Shown: piece after piece, positions 19,750-28,527 of the stretch | How the letters are laid out: the number at the start of each line of letters is the position of its first letter | How positions within the stretch are numbered: the stretch's first letter is position 1 | Source: Gammaproteobacteria bacterium | GTDB taxonomy: Bacteria > Pseudomonadota > Gammaproteobacteria > GCA-001735895 | Assembly: GCA_052030825.1 (NCBI GenBank) | Contig: JBPEYE010000295.1 | Span: forward strand, 1 to 44,526 | Direction: 5' to 3' | DNA: 44,526 nucleotides | Position numbers and translations under genes: made by a program | Notes under the pieces: generated by a model | What the model was told of the DNA's origin: nothing | Seen by the model: the letters and a program-made list of their open reading frames with translations, nothing else | Databases searched by the model: none

Positions 19750-20493
19750 ATGGATAAGTATCTTTATCTGGCGATGAACGGTGCTGCGCAGGCGATGCTT
19801 GCGCAGCAAAACAATGCCAACAATCTCGCCAACGTCAGTACCGTCGGCTTCCGTGCGACGCTGGACTCGTTCGAGGCCCAGGCGCTGTCCGGTCCGGGAT
19901 TCCCGGACCGGGTCTACGTCGGCGGTCGCCAGGCCGGCGCCGACTTCAGCCACGGACCGGTAACGGCAACCGGTCGCGATCTCGACGTCGCGATCGACGG
20001 CGACGGCTGGTTCGCGGTACAGGCCGCCGACGGCAGCACCGCGTATTCGCGCCGCGGCGACCTGCGTATCGATCCGGCCGGGTTGCTGGTCAACGGCGCC
20101 GACCAGATCGTCCTCGGCGAGGGCGGGCCGATTACGATTCCGCAGTTCGAGTCGCTGGTCATCGGGCGCGACGGCACGATCAGCGTGCGCGCCTCGGGAC
20201 AGGCGGCCAACACGCTGGTCGCGGTCGATCGCCTCCGCCTGGTCAATCCCCAGCCGGAGGACCTCTACCGTGGCACCGACGGGTTGTTTCGCAGCCATGA
20301 CGGTATCGAGGCACCGGCCGACGCGGCGGTGACGGTCACCGCCGGTGCGCTCGAGGGCAGTAATGTCAACGCGGTCGATGCGATGGTGCGCATGATCGAT
20401 TACGCGCGCTTCTACGAGCACCAGGTAAAGTTGATGAAACTCGCCAGCGAGAATGATGCCGCCAGCGCCCGCCTGATGCGGATGAGCGGTTAA
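19750..20493 (+). CDS. flgF: Flagellar basal body rod protein FlgF
   Basis: MDKYLYLAMNGA, ANNLANVST.GF, TGRDLDVAI and GALEGSNVN motifs. Confidence 0.95.
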   Translation: MDKYLYLAMNGAAQAMLAQQNNANNLANVSTVGFRATLDSFEAQALSGPGFPDRVYVGGRQAGADFSHGPVTATGRDLDVAIDGDGWFAVQAADGSTAYSRRGDLRIDPAGLLVNGADQIVLGEGGPITIPQFESLVIGRDGTISVRASGQAANTLVAVDRLRLVNPQPEDLYRGTDGLFRSHDGIEAPADAAVTVTAGALEGSNVNAVDAMVRMIDYARFYEHQVKLMKLASENDAASARLMRMSG

Positions 20494-20532
20494 CGTGGCA
20501 AAATCACCGGGTTTCGACACGGAAATCCAGGC

Positions 20533-21021
20533 TTGGACGACAGCGACGACATTCGCCGCGAGTACCGCGCGCTGCGCGATGCGATCGACGCCGCGATGCT
20601 GTCGACGCTGGCGGCTGATGGTTCGCCCGAGGCCAGCTATGCACCGATCCTGTGGCACGAGGGCGCGGCCTTCCTGTTCCTGAGCGAACTCGCGAGCCAT
20701 ACCCGCAACCTGCAACGCGATCCGACGCTCGGCTTGTTGCTGCTCGAGTGCGGGACGACGGCGAATCCGTTCGCGCGGCGGCGCATCGCGTTGAGCGGCC
20801 GCGCCGAGCGCATCGAGCGCGAGGCAAAGCTGCGCGCGGAAATCCTCGGTCGCTTTCGCGAGCGCTTCGGCAAGGTCATGGAAATGCTCGAACCGCTACC
20901 GGATTTTCACCTGTTTCGGATCGTTCCGCAGCGCGGCCGCTACATCCGCGGATTCGGCCAGGCCTACGAGTTGACCGGTGCCGGCGTCGACGAGCCGCGC
21001 CACGTCGGCCCCGGATCCTAG
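20533..21021 (+). CDS. Pyridoxamine 5'-phosphate oxidase-like split-barrel protein (HutZ/HugZ-like)
   Basis: PEASYAP, SELASHTRNL, FARRR and DFHLF...GRYIRGFGQAY motifs; TTG start. Confidence 0.8.
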   Translation: MDDSDDIRREYRALRDAIDAAMLSTLAADGSPEASYAPILWHEGAAFLFLSELASHTRNLQRDPTLGLLLLECGTTANPFARRRIALSGRAERIEREAKLRAEILGRFRERFGKVMEMLEPLPDFHLFRIVPQRGRYIRGFGQAYELTGAGVDEPRHVGPGS

Positions 21022-21530
21022 CCCGCCACGCGCGCCTCGGTGTCGATCAGCGCCAGGACTTCCCGTTTCAGATCGTCTGCCTGGTACATGCCGCCCGGGG
21101 TTTCGGCGAGCGCGTCGTACCACGGGTTGACCAGGTCGCGCAGATCGTCGAGGTCCGCACTGTCGGTGATTTGCTGGATCAGGTCGCCGACGCGCACGCG
21201 ATTGCCGAAAGCCAGCAGGGTATTACACATCAATTCACGCGCGCCGATGTCGGGCGTTGGCTCGGTGACGTCGCGTTCGGTGACGTCGATATCGGATTCG
21301 ATCGACGCGGCGGCGCCCGCGTTGAACGGCGCGATGAATTCGCCATCGAGCAGACGCTCGAGGATGGCGTCGACATCGTCGGCCAGTGAGAGCTGCGCCA
21401 GCGTGGCGACGGAATTTTCGCCATTGACGAGAATCAGTACGCGACGCTCCTTCATGTTGAGTGCGTCGGTCTTGGTCGCGATCTCGGCCTGCCCCCTGGC
21501 CGTCTTGTGAAAAATTTCGCCCGGATTCAT
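21018..21530 (-). CDS. Conserved hypothetical protein (KT..G..EI...RRVLILV.G N-terminal motif, possibly winged-helix-like)
   Basis: MNPGEIFHKTARGQAEIATKTDALNMKERRVLILVNG; protein-like composition. Start trimmed; alternative ATG at 21563. Confidence 0.7.
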   Translation of the reverse strand: MNPGEIFHKTARGQAEIATKTDALNMKERRVLILVNGENSVATLAQLSLADDVDAILERLLDGEFIAPFNAGAAASIESDIDVTERDVTEPTPDIGARELMCNTLLAFGNRVRVGDLIQQITDSADLDDLRDLVNPWYDALAETPGGMYQADDLKREVLALIDTEARVAG

Positions 21531-21836
21531 CGTTAAACTGAGTCGATTGGTCGCTACGGTCATTCCCGATTCGTCGAATGCAAACACCGCCGCGCCGATC
21601 GCTGCGTATCGGTCCGGACCGGAGTGGCGGTCCGGCATGCGGAAGCCCGGCCGCGGATAACCCGGTACGGGCGGCGGTGTTTCATCGGAAATTGTAGCAA
21701 ACGGGGCTCGAGTCGCACGTGATCCATTCGGCATTCGGGGGACGCTGTTCCAGCGACTTGTGCCGGTGTCCGCCGGTTATCGCCGCGTCGCATTTTGGTG
21801 CTGGCTTATTGCCGAAGGCTGTGGTTTACTGACGCC

Positions 21837-21983
21837 CAACCAGAACCGGGGACCGGCCGCCCGCACCGAGCGCGACGCTCCTGCAGGCGATGCCCGGGCC
21901 AGGACATTGGAGGAGAGCGCTGCCAGAAAACGATAACCACGGCAGTCAGGACGAGAAGGGCGCCCGATGGGCGCCTTTTCTTT
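21837..21983 (+). ncRNA. Candidate GGA-rich small RNA (possibly CsrA/RsmA-sequestering)
   Basis: Extended -10 TGGTTTACT (21822-21830), five GGA motifs, and an intrinsic terminator, within a ~520-bp intergenic region. Boundaries inferred. Confidence 0.45.
21955..21983 (+). terminator. Rho-independent terminator
   Basis: GAAGGGCGCCC-GAT-GGGCGCC followed by TTTTCTTT. Confidence 0.75.
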
Positions 21984-22035
21984 GCGCCGCGTAGTCGGAG
22001 ATCGCCGCCACAACCCCACGGATTGCCGTTTCCGT

Positions 22036-22044
22036 TGCTATACT
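22036..22044 (+). promoter_or_regulatory. Extended -10 promoter element for the SH3/M48 genes
   Basis: TGCTATACT ending 9 bp before ATG 22054, which implies a very short or absent leader. Confidence 0.5.
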
Positions 22045-22053
22045 CGAGCGGGT

Positions 22054-22638
22054 ATGAAGCGATCGATTGCATGGCTGTTCGGCCTTTTGATGGTTACGTC
22101 GCTATTCGCGAACCAGGACGGTATCGTCGTCCGCAGCGCGACGATTTACGCCGACGCCGGCCGCGGCGCGGCGCGCGTCGGACGGCTCGAAGCCGGTACC
22201 CCGGTGCAAATTTTCGACCGCAAGGGCGGCTGGCGCGAAATCTACTCGGAAGAAAAAGCGATCATCGGCTGGGCGCGAACCTACGAGGTACGCGAAGTCG
22301 GCGCGGGCGCCGCCGTGCCGGCGCAAACACAAAGCGATTCGCGCGGATTTCTCGACGGCCTCGCGCTGTTCTCGCGCAAGGCCAGCCGGTTCTTCACCGG
22401 TAGCGGCGCGGCGACCAGTGCGGGCACCGCGACGATCGGCGTCCGGGGGCTGAGCGAAGCCGAGCTCAAATCGGCGCAGCCCGACTTGCAGCAACTCGAG
22501 CGCATGCGCTCGTTTGCAAGCAATGCCGCGCGCAGCGCGCAGTTTGGCGCGACAGGGGGGTTGCGCGCGCGCAAGGTCAAGCACCTCGAAGCGCGCGCCG
22601 ATGACGATCGCGGCGCCGGCTCGGGGCGCGACAAATGA
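22054..22638 (+). CDS. Exported SH3-like domain protein
   Basis: Signal peptide MKRSIAWLFGLLMVTSLFA; L..GTPV.I..RKGGW....IGW SH3b-like pattern; C-terminal TATIGVRGLSEAEL motif. Confidence 0.75.
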   Translation: MKRSIAWLFGLLMVTSLFANQDGIVVRSATIYADAGRGAARVGRLEAGTPVQIFDRKGGWREIYSEEKAIIGWARTYEVREVGAGAAVPAQTQSDSRGFLDGLALFSRKASRFFTGSGAATSAGTATIGVRGLSEAELKSAQPDLQQLERMRSFASNAARSAQFGATGGLRARKVKHLEARADDDRGAGSGRDK

Positions 22639-23483
22639 TGCGCAGGGTACTGCCCACGGTCCCGCTGATCGCGTGCCTGGCCTTCGCACTGACACTGCCG
22701 GGCGCGGTCGCGGCGCTCGATCTCGGCGATCTCGTCGAACTCGGCAGCAAACTCAAGAAGGCCAGCGGCAAGATCAGCGAAGGCGAAGAAATCGAAATGG
22801 GCGGCAAGCTGATTTCGGGTCTGCTCGGCGCCGCGCCGCTGGTCGACGATCCGGCGCTGCAGCAATACGTCAACGATGTCGGGCACTGGGTTGCGCTGCA
22901 GTCGAAGCGCAGGGATTTGCCCTGGACGTTTGGCGTGATCGATTCCGAAGGCATCAATGCCTTTGCGGCGCCCGGCGGTTATATCGTGCTGACCCTGGGG
23001 CTGTTCAATTTGCTCGAAAACGAGGCCCAACTCGCCGGCGTGCTGGCACACGAGATCGCCCACGTGGTCCGCAAGCATCATTTAAAGGCGCTGCAAAAGA
23101 CGATGAAGCGCGATTTTCTCGCCAGTCTCGCGGTTGCGGCGGTGGACGACAAGGAGGATCAGCGCAATCTGCAAATGCTGGTAAATACCGGCGTGCAGCT
23201 GTACGCTACCGGGCTCGACCGCAGGTACGAGTACGAAGCCGACCTGCGCGGCGTGGTGCTCGCCGCCCGCGCCGGATATGATCCATACGCACTGCTCGAC
23301 GTATTGAACACCATCGACAGCATCAACCCGGAATCGTCTGCCCTGACCGTTTTCATGAAAACTCACCCGCCGCTCGATCAGAGGCTGCTGCGCCTTGCCG
23401 ACAACATGGATGGCCGCCTCGATAAATACGCCTCGGGGCGTACCAACGACGAACGTTTCCAGCGTATCCTGGCCGCGCAGTGA
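22635..23483 (+). CDS. M48 family zinc metallopeptidase (exported)
   Basis: INAFAAPGG, LAHEIAH (HExxH), EYEAD, AGYDP and THP motifs; ATGA overlap with the SH3 gene. Confidence 0.92.
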   Translation: MMRRVLPTVPLIACLAFALTLPGAVAALDLGDLVELGSKLKKASGKISEGEEIEMGGKLISGLLGAAPLVDDPALQQYVNDVGHWVALQSKRRDLPWTFGVIDSEGINAFAAPGGYIVLTLGLFNLLENEAQLAGVLAHEIAHVVRKHHLKALQKTMKRDFLASLAVAAVDDKEDQRNLQMLVNTGVQLYATGLDRRYEYEADLRGVVLAARAGYDPYALLDVLNTIDSINPESSALTVFMKTHPPLDQRLLRLADNMDGRLDKYASGRTNDERFQRILAAQ

Positions 23484-24556
23484 TCGCGAATCGCGCCGTG
23501 CCCGGCGAAGCGAGTAGTCCGGAGTCCGGCCGGTCGGCCGACGATCGCGCGCTGGCGCGCTGGCTCGCGCTGTGCCTGCTACTCGTGTTCGCGATGATCC
23601 TGCTCGGTGGCGTGACGCGCCTGACCGGGTCGGGGCTGTCGATGGTGAACTGGCACCCGACCGGCGTGCTGCCGCCGCTCGACGCCAGCGCCTGGACCGC
23701 GGAATTCGAACGCTACCAGCAGTATCCCGAATATCAGAAAATCAACCGGGGCATGACCCTCGACGGCTTCAAGCGAATCTACTGGTTCGAATATTCGCAC
23801 CGCATGCTCGGCCGGGCGATCGGGCTGGTGTTCGCCTTGCCGCTGTTCTATTTCTGGTTGCGCGGCAAAATTCGGCCGGGAATGGGGCCTCGGCTGACCG
23901 TCATTCTGATCCTCGGCGGGCTGCAGGGGTTGCTCGGCTGGTACATGGTGCAAAGCGGGCTGGTCGACAACCCACGCGTCAGCCAGTATCGCCTGACCGC
24001 GCACCTGATGAGCGCGGTTCTGATCTTCGGCTTCATCCTGTGGACGATCCTCGACCTGAATAGCAACGCGCCCTACCGGCGGCTCGCCGACTCGACGATT
24101 GCCGGTTGGCGGCGCGCCTCGATTGCGCTGTTCGCGCTGGTCGTGGTCACGCTCGCCTCCGGCGGATTCGTTGCCGGGCTCAAGGCGGGCCTGATCTTCA
24201 ATACCTTCCCGCTGATGGGGGGGCGGCTGGTTCCCGAAGGGCTCGGAGCGCTCTCGCCGTGGTATATCAACCCGTTCGAAAACATGGTCACGGCGCAGTT
24301 CGATCATCGCTGGCTGGCGATCGTGACCGGCCTCGCGCTGCTCGCCTGGTACCTGCGCGGACGGGCGCATTTCGACGATGCGCGGCTCGCGCGCAGCTTC
24401 AAGCTGGTCGGCATGATGGTCATCATCCAGGTCGCGCTCGGTATCGCGACCCTGTTGATGCAGGTCCCCGTGGTGCTCGGCGCGCTGCACCAGGCGGGCG
24501 CCTTGCTGCTGTTCAGCGCGATGCTGTACAACCTGCACGCGCTGTCGCGGGTGTAG
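23480..24556 (+). CDS. ctaA: Heme A synthase (COX15/CtaA, type 2)
   Basis: GGVTRLTGSGLSM, EYSHR, GWYMVQSGL, RLTAHL, QFDHR and LHQ motifs. Confidence 0.94.
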   Translation: MIANRAVPGEASSPESGRSADDRALARWLALCLLLVFAMILLGGVTRLTGSGLSMVNWHPTGVLPPLDASAWTAEFERYQQYPEYQKINRGMTLDGFKRIYWFEYSHRMLGRAIGLVFALPLFYFWLRGKIRPGMGPRLTVILILGGLQGLLGWYMVQSGLVDNPRVSQYRLTAHLMSAVLIFGFILWTILDLNSNAPYRRLADSTIAGWRRASIALFALVVVTLASGGFVAGLKAGLIFNTFPLMGGRLVPEGLGALSPWYINPFENMVTAQFDHRWLAIVTGLALLAWYLRGRAHFDDARLARSFKLVGMMVIIQVALGIATLLMQVPVVLGALHQAGALLLFSAMLYNLHALSRV

Positions 24557-24614
24557 TTGTTTCCGGCCGACGGTTATAATTGCGCGCGAATCGAAACGGG
24601 GGAACCAGGCGCCG

Positions 24615-25100
24615 ATGCGCGGCATTCGAATCGGACACGGCTACGACGTCCACGCTTACACCGACGGTGACGGGTTTCGGCTGGGCGGTATCCGGATCGA
24701 CTGCGACCGCGCCATAGTCGCGCATTCCGATGGCGACGTGCTGATCCATGCGCTGTGCGATGCGTTGCTCGGCGCGCTGGGTCGCGGCGATATCGGTGAA
24801 CGCTTCCCGGACACCGATGCGCGCAACCGCGACCGCGACAGCCGCGAGTTTCTTCGCGATCTCGCGCGGCAACTGGCGGACGACGGCTATCGACTCGGCA
24901 ATGCCGACGTCACCGTGATCGCGCAAGTACCCCGGCTCGCGCCGCGGCTGCCGGCGATGCGCGCCGCGCTGGCCGATGCGCTCGACTGCGACGCGGCGCG
25001 CATCAACATCAAGGCAACGACGACCGAGCGCCTCGGGTTCATCGGCCGCGAGGAAGGTTTGGCCGCGGCCGCGGTCGTGCTGCTGGAGCCGTTGCCATGA
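24615..25100 (+). CDS. ispF: 2-C-methyl-D-erythritol 2,4-cyclodiphosphate synthase
   Basis: RIGHGYDVH, HSDGDVLIHA and KATTTE.LGFIGREEG motifs. Confidence 0.96.
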   Translation: MRGIRIGHGYDVHAYTDGDGFRLGGIRIDCDRAIVAHSDGDVLIHALCDALLGALGRGDIGERFPDTDARNRDRDSREFLRDLARQLADDGYRLGNADVTVIAQVPRLAPRLPAMRAALADALDCDAARINIKATTTERLGFIGREEGLAAAAVVLLEPLP

Positions 25101-26152
25101 GTCTCGGACCGGTCATGCTCGACGTCGCCGGCACCGCGCTCGGCGACGAGGATCGTGAACGGCTCCTGCATCCGCAGGTCGGCGGAGTCATTCTGTTCAG
25201 CCGCAACTACGAGAATCCGCGGCAGCTGGCGGCGCTGTGCACGGCCATTCACGACCTGCGCGATCCCCGGCTGGTCATCGCGGTCGACCACGAGGGCGGC
25301 CGGATCCAGCGCTTTCGCGACGGCTTCGAGCAGCTGCCCGCGGCCGCCCACCTCGGCGAACGCTACGACGAAGACCCGGCGCAGGCGATTCGCCTGGCCG
25401 AGCAGTTCGCCTGGATCATGGCGACCGAACTGTTGCACCACGGCGTCGACCTCAGCTTCGCGCCGGTGCTCGATCTCGCCGATCCGATCTCGAGCGTGAT
25501 CGGCGACCGCGCCTTTCATCGCAATCCCGAGGTCGTTACCCGGCTCGGCAATGCCTGGATACGCGGTATGCGCAAAGCCGGCATGGAAGCGGTCGGCAAG
25601 CATTTCCCCGGCCACGGATCGGTGGCCGGCGACTCGCATCACGTGATGCCCTTCGATCGCCGCGACTTCAGCGCGATCGAGGCACTGGACCTGGTGCCGT
25701 TCCGTCGTGCGATCGCGACGCACCTGAGCGGCGTGATGATGGCGCACGTCATCTACGACCGGGTCGATCCGCATCCGGCCGGTTACTCGCGCTACTGGAT
25801 CGAAAACGTGTTGCGCGATCAGCTCGAGTACGAGGGTATCGTCTTCAGCGACGACCTGAGCATGAGCGGCGCCGAATCGGTGGGCGGCTATCCCGAGCGC
25901 GCCCGCGCGGCGCTCGCCGCGGGTTGCGATATTCTGCTGGTCTGCAACAATCCGGCCGGCGCCGACGAAGTGCTGGCCGCGCTCGACGGTTACAACAATC
26001 CGACCTCGCAGTTGCGCATGATTCGCCTGCACGGCCAGCCGGCCGAACGCGACGGGGTCGCGAGCCTGCCGTGGCAGAGCGCCTGCGACGAACTGCATGC
26101 CTTCAACCATCGCCTCGGGCTGGCGGATAGCGGGGACTTGTTCGAATCATGA
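25097..26152 (+). CDS. nagZ: Beta-N-acetylhexosaminidase NagZ (GH3)
   Basis: DHEGGRIQR, KHFPGHG....DSH and FSDDL.M motifs. Confidence 0.96.
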   Translation: MSLGPVMLDVAGTALGDEDRERLLHPQVGGVILFSRNYENPRQLAALCTAIHDLRDPRLVIAVDHEGGRIQRFRDGFEQLPAAAHLGERYDEDPAQAIRLAEQFAWIMATELLHHGVDLSFAPVLDLADPISSVIGDRAFHRNPEVVTRLGNAWIRGMRKAGMEAVGKHFPGHGSVAGDSHHVMPFDRRDFSAIEALDLVPFRRAIATHLSGVMMAHVIYDRVDPHPAGYSRYWIENVLRDQLEYEGIVFSDDLSMSGAESVGGYPERARAALAAGCDILLVCNNPAGADEVLAALDGYNNPTSQLRMIRLHGQPAERDGVASLPWQSACDELHAFNHRLGLADSGDLFES

Positions 26153-27228
26153 TACAACTGGAAAACTGGATACCGGGGCTCGACCGCGAATGGGTCTGGG
26201 CGGTGCACGTGTTCATCGTCGTGCTGGCGACCGCGCTGGCCAGCTTTTTCGTGCGCCGCCTGCTGGTCAAGCTGATCAAGCGGCTCGATCGCAAGTCCAC
26301 GCGCTGGGACAACGTCGTTTTCGACGCGATCCAGCGGCCCGCGGCGTGGATCGTCTGGCTGGTCGGCCTCGACCTGGCCGTCGACATCGTCTACGCGCAG
26401 ACCCAGACCGCGATCTTCACCTATTCGGACCAGATTCGCGACGTCGGCATCCTGCTGTGCATCACCTGGTTTTTGCTCGGCCTGACCCGTGGCGCCGAGG
26501 CCGAGCTGACGCGCAACCCGGACGAGGTCGACGTGCATACCGCCGAGGCGATCGGCAAGCTCGTGCGCCTCGCGATCATCATCACCGCCGCGCTGGTAGT
26601 CCTGCAAACCCTCGGCTTCAGTATTTCCGGTGTGCTCGCGATGGGCGGCATCGGCGGCATCGCGATCGGATTCGCCGCCAAGGACCTGCTCGCCAATTTC
26701 TTCGGCGGCCTGATCGTCTATCTCGATCGGCCGTTCACGGTCGGCGACTGGATCCGTTCGCCGGATCGCAATATCGAGGGCACGGTCGAAAAGATCGGCT
26801 GGCGGGTGACCGCGATTCGCGATTTCCAGTCGCGCCCGCTGTACGTGCCGAACTCGGTATTCACGACGATCATCGTCGAAAACCCGTCGCGGATGAATAA
26901 CCGCCGCATCTACGAGACCATCGGGGTGCGCTACTCCGACCTGACGAGCATGGAAAAAATTGTCGCCGAGGTCGATGCCATGTTGCGCGCGCACGAAGAG
27001 ATCGATAGCGAAAAAACCCTGATGGTGAACTTCAACGAGTTCGCCGATTCGTCGGTCGATTTTTTCCTTTATTGCTTTACCAAAACCACGCAGTGGATAA
27101 AATTCCACCAGGTCAAACAGGACGTTTTGATGCGCATTTCCCGCATCATCGAAGATAACCACGCCGAGATCGCGTTTCCGACGACGACGGTGCACCTCGC
27201 CGATCCGATTCCGCAATCCGAATCCTGA
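26149..27228 (+). CDS. MscS-family mechanosensitive channel (YnaI-like)
   Basis: GIAIGFAAKDLLANFFGG, DRPFTVGDWI, GTVEKIGWR and IAFPT motifs. Confidence 0.93.
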   Translation: MIQLENWIPGLDREWVWAVHVFIVVLATALASFFVRRLLVKLIKRLDRKSTRWDNVVFDAIQRPAAWIVWLVGLDLAVDIVYAQTQTAIFTYSDQIRDVGILLCITWFLLGLTRGAEAELTRNPDEVDVHTAEAIGKLVRLAIIITAALVVLQTLGFSISGVLAMGGIGGIAIGFAAKDLLANFFGGLIVYLDRPFTVGDWIRSPDRNIEGTVEKIGWRVTAIRDFQSRPLYVPNSVFTTIIVENPSRMNNRRIYETIGVRYSDLTSMEKIVAEVDAMLRAHEEIDSEKTLMVNFNEFADSSVDFFLYCFTKTTQWIKFHQVKQDVLMRISRIIEDNHAEIAFPTTTVHLADPIPQSES

Positions 27229-27229
27229 G

Positions 27230-27784
27230 ATGCTGCTGAACCGGGCTCAACAAGTGCACCAGACCGCCGAGCTGCTGTTCGACGCCGACGCGGTGGAGCA
27301 GGGCATCGCCGATCTCGCCGAGCGTGTCGCGCAGGACAGTGCCGCCGGTTTTCCGCTGGTGCTGTGCGTCATGAACGGCGGCCTCTATCTCACCGGCCAG
27401 CTATTGCGCCATTGGGATTTCCCGCTGACCGTCGACTACGTGCACGCGACGCGCTACCGCCTCGCGACACTCGGCAAGGACGTGTTGTGGAAGGCCTACC
27501 CGCAAAACGAGATTCGCGACCGCAACGTGATCATCGTCGACGATATTTTCGACCAGGGTTATACCCTCGAGGAGGTCAAGGGCTACTGCCTGCGGCACGG
27601 CGCGCGCCAGTGCGTCAGCGCGTTCTTGATCCGCAAGACTCACGAACGCAAGAAAGCCGATATCGCGCCCGATTACGTCGGCCTCGAGTGCGGCGACTGC
27701 TACGTTTACGGCGCCGGAATGGACCTGAACGGACATTTCCGCAATCTGTCGAGCATCTATGCGCTGCCCGCAAAGGTCGATTGA
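27230..27784 (+). CDS. hpt: Hypoxanthine-guanine phosphoribosyltransferase
   Basis: LCVMNGG, PRPP-binding VIIVDDIFDQGYTL, and YVYGAGMD motifs. Confidence 0.9.
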   Translation: MLLNRAQQVHQTAELLFDADAVEQGIADLAERVAQDSAAGFPLVLCVMNGGLYLTGQLLRHWDFPLTVDYVHATRYRLATLGKDVLWKAYPQNEIRDRNVIIVDDIFDQGYTLEEVKGYCLRHGARQCVSAFLIRKTHERKKADIAPDYVGLECGDCYVYGAGMDLNGHFRNLSSIYALPAKVD

Positions 27785-28527
27785 TGCTGGCGATTATCGG
27801 AGGCAGCGGGCTGTACTCGCCGGGCGACGACTTTGTTCTCGACGAGGCGTTGACGCCGGCAACGCCTTATGGCGAACCGTCGGCCGAAATTCTGCTCGGG
27901 CGCTGGCGCGGCGTGACGCTCGCTTTCCTGTCGCGCCACGGTCCGGGTCACGGCATACCGCCGCACCGGGTCAACTACCGTGCCAACCTGTGGGCGCTGC
28001 ACGCGGCGGGCGCGCGGCGCGTCATCGCGGTCAACGCGGTCGGCGGTATCACCCCCGAGCTGCCGCCGCGCACGCTCGCGCTGCCGGACCAGATCATCGA
28101 CTACACCGCGGGGCGTGAGCACAGCTTCGACGCACTCGACGATGGGCCGGTGCGGCACGTCGATTTCAGCTGGCCCTATAGCGAAGCGCTGCGGGCGGCG
28201 CTGGTCGCGGCCGCCGAGCGGCTCGGTCAGAAGCTGGTTACGTCGGGGACCTATGGCGCGACCAACGGACCGCGACTCGAGAGCGCCGCCGAGGTCGAAC
28301 GCCTGAAACGCGACGGCTGCAACATGGTCGGCATGACCGGGATGCCCGAGGCCGGGCTCGCCCGCGAACTGGATCTCGACTACGCCTGTCTCGCGCTGGT
28401 CGTCAACTGGGCGGCCGGCGTCGAGGATCGCGTTATCGACATGACCGAGATCGTCGCGCACCTGGAACACGGCATGGCCAAAGTCCGGCCGTTGCTGGTC
28501 GAAACCGCGGGGGCGCTGGCGCGATGA
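27784..28527 (+). CDS. S-methyl-5'-thioinosine / methylthioadenosine phosphorylase
   Basis: AIIGGSG, RHG..H.IPPH.VNYRAN, GPRLES.AE, VGMTGMPEA motifs; VVN.A favours the inosine-type enzyme; TGATG coupling to hpt. Confidence 0.9.
   Translation: MLAIIGGSGLYSPGDDFVLDEALTPATPYGEPSAEILLGRWRGVTLAFLSRHGPGHGIPPHRVNYRANLWALHAAGARRVIAVNAVGGITPELPPRTLALPDQIIDYTAGREHSFDALDDGPVRHVDFSWPYSEALRAALVAAAERLGQKLVTSGTYGATNGPRLESAAEVERLKRDGCNMVGMTGMPEAGLARELDLDYACLALVVNWAAGVEDRVIDMTEIVAHLEHGMAKVRPLLVETAGALAR

Noticed and set aside
21560-21830. c-di-GMP or other riboswitch in the long intergenic region
   Set aside because: I could not find the conserved GEMM core or any other riboswitch consensus by eye; an Rfam scan would be needed.
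21777-22072. Minus-strand ORFs 21777..22019 and 21806..22072 as genes
   Set aside because: Arg/Pro/Ser-rich with no motifs and overlapping a terminator and promoter; a non-coding explanation fits better, although a small peptide is not excluded.
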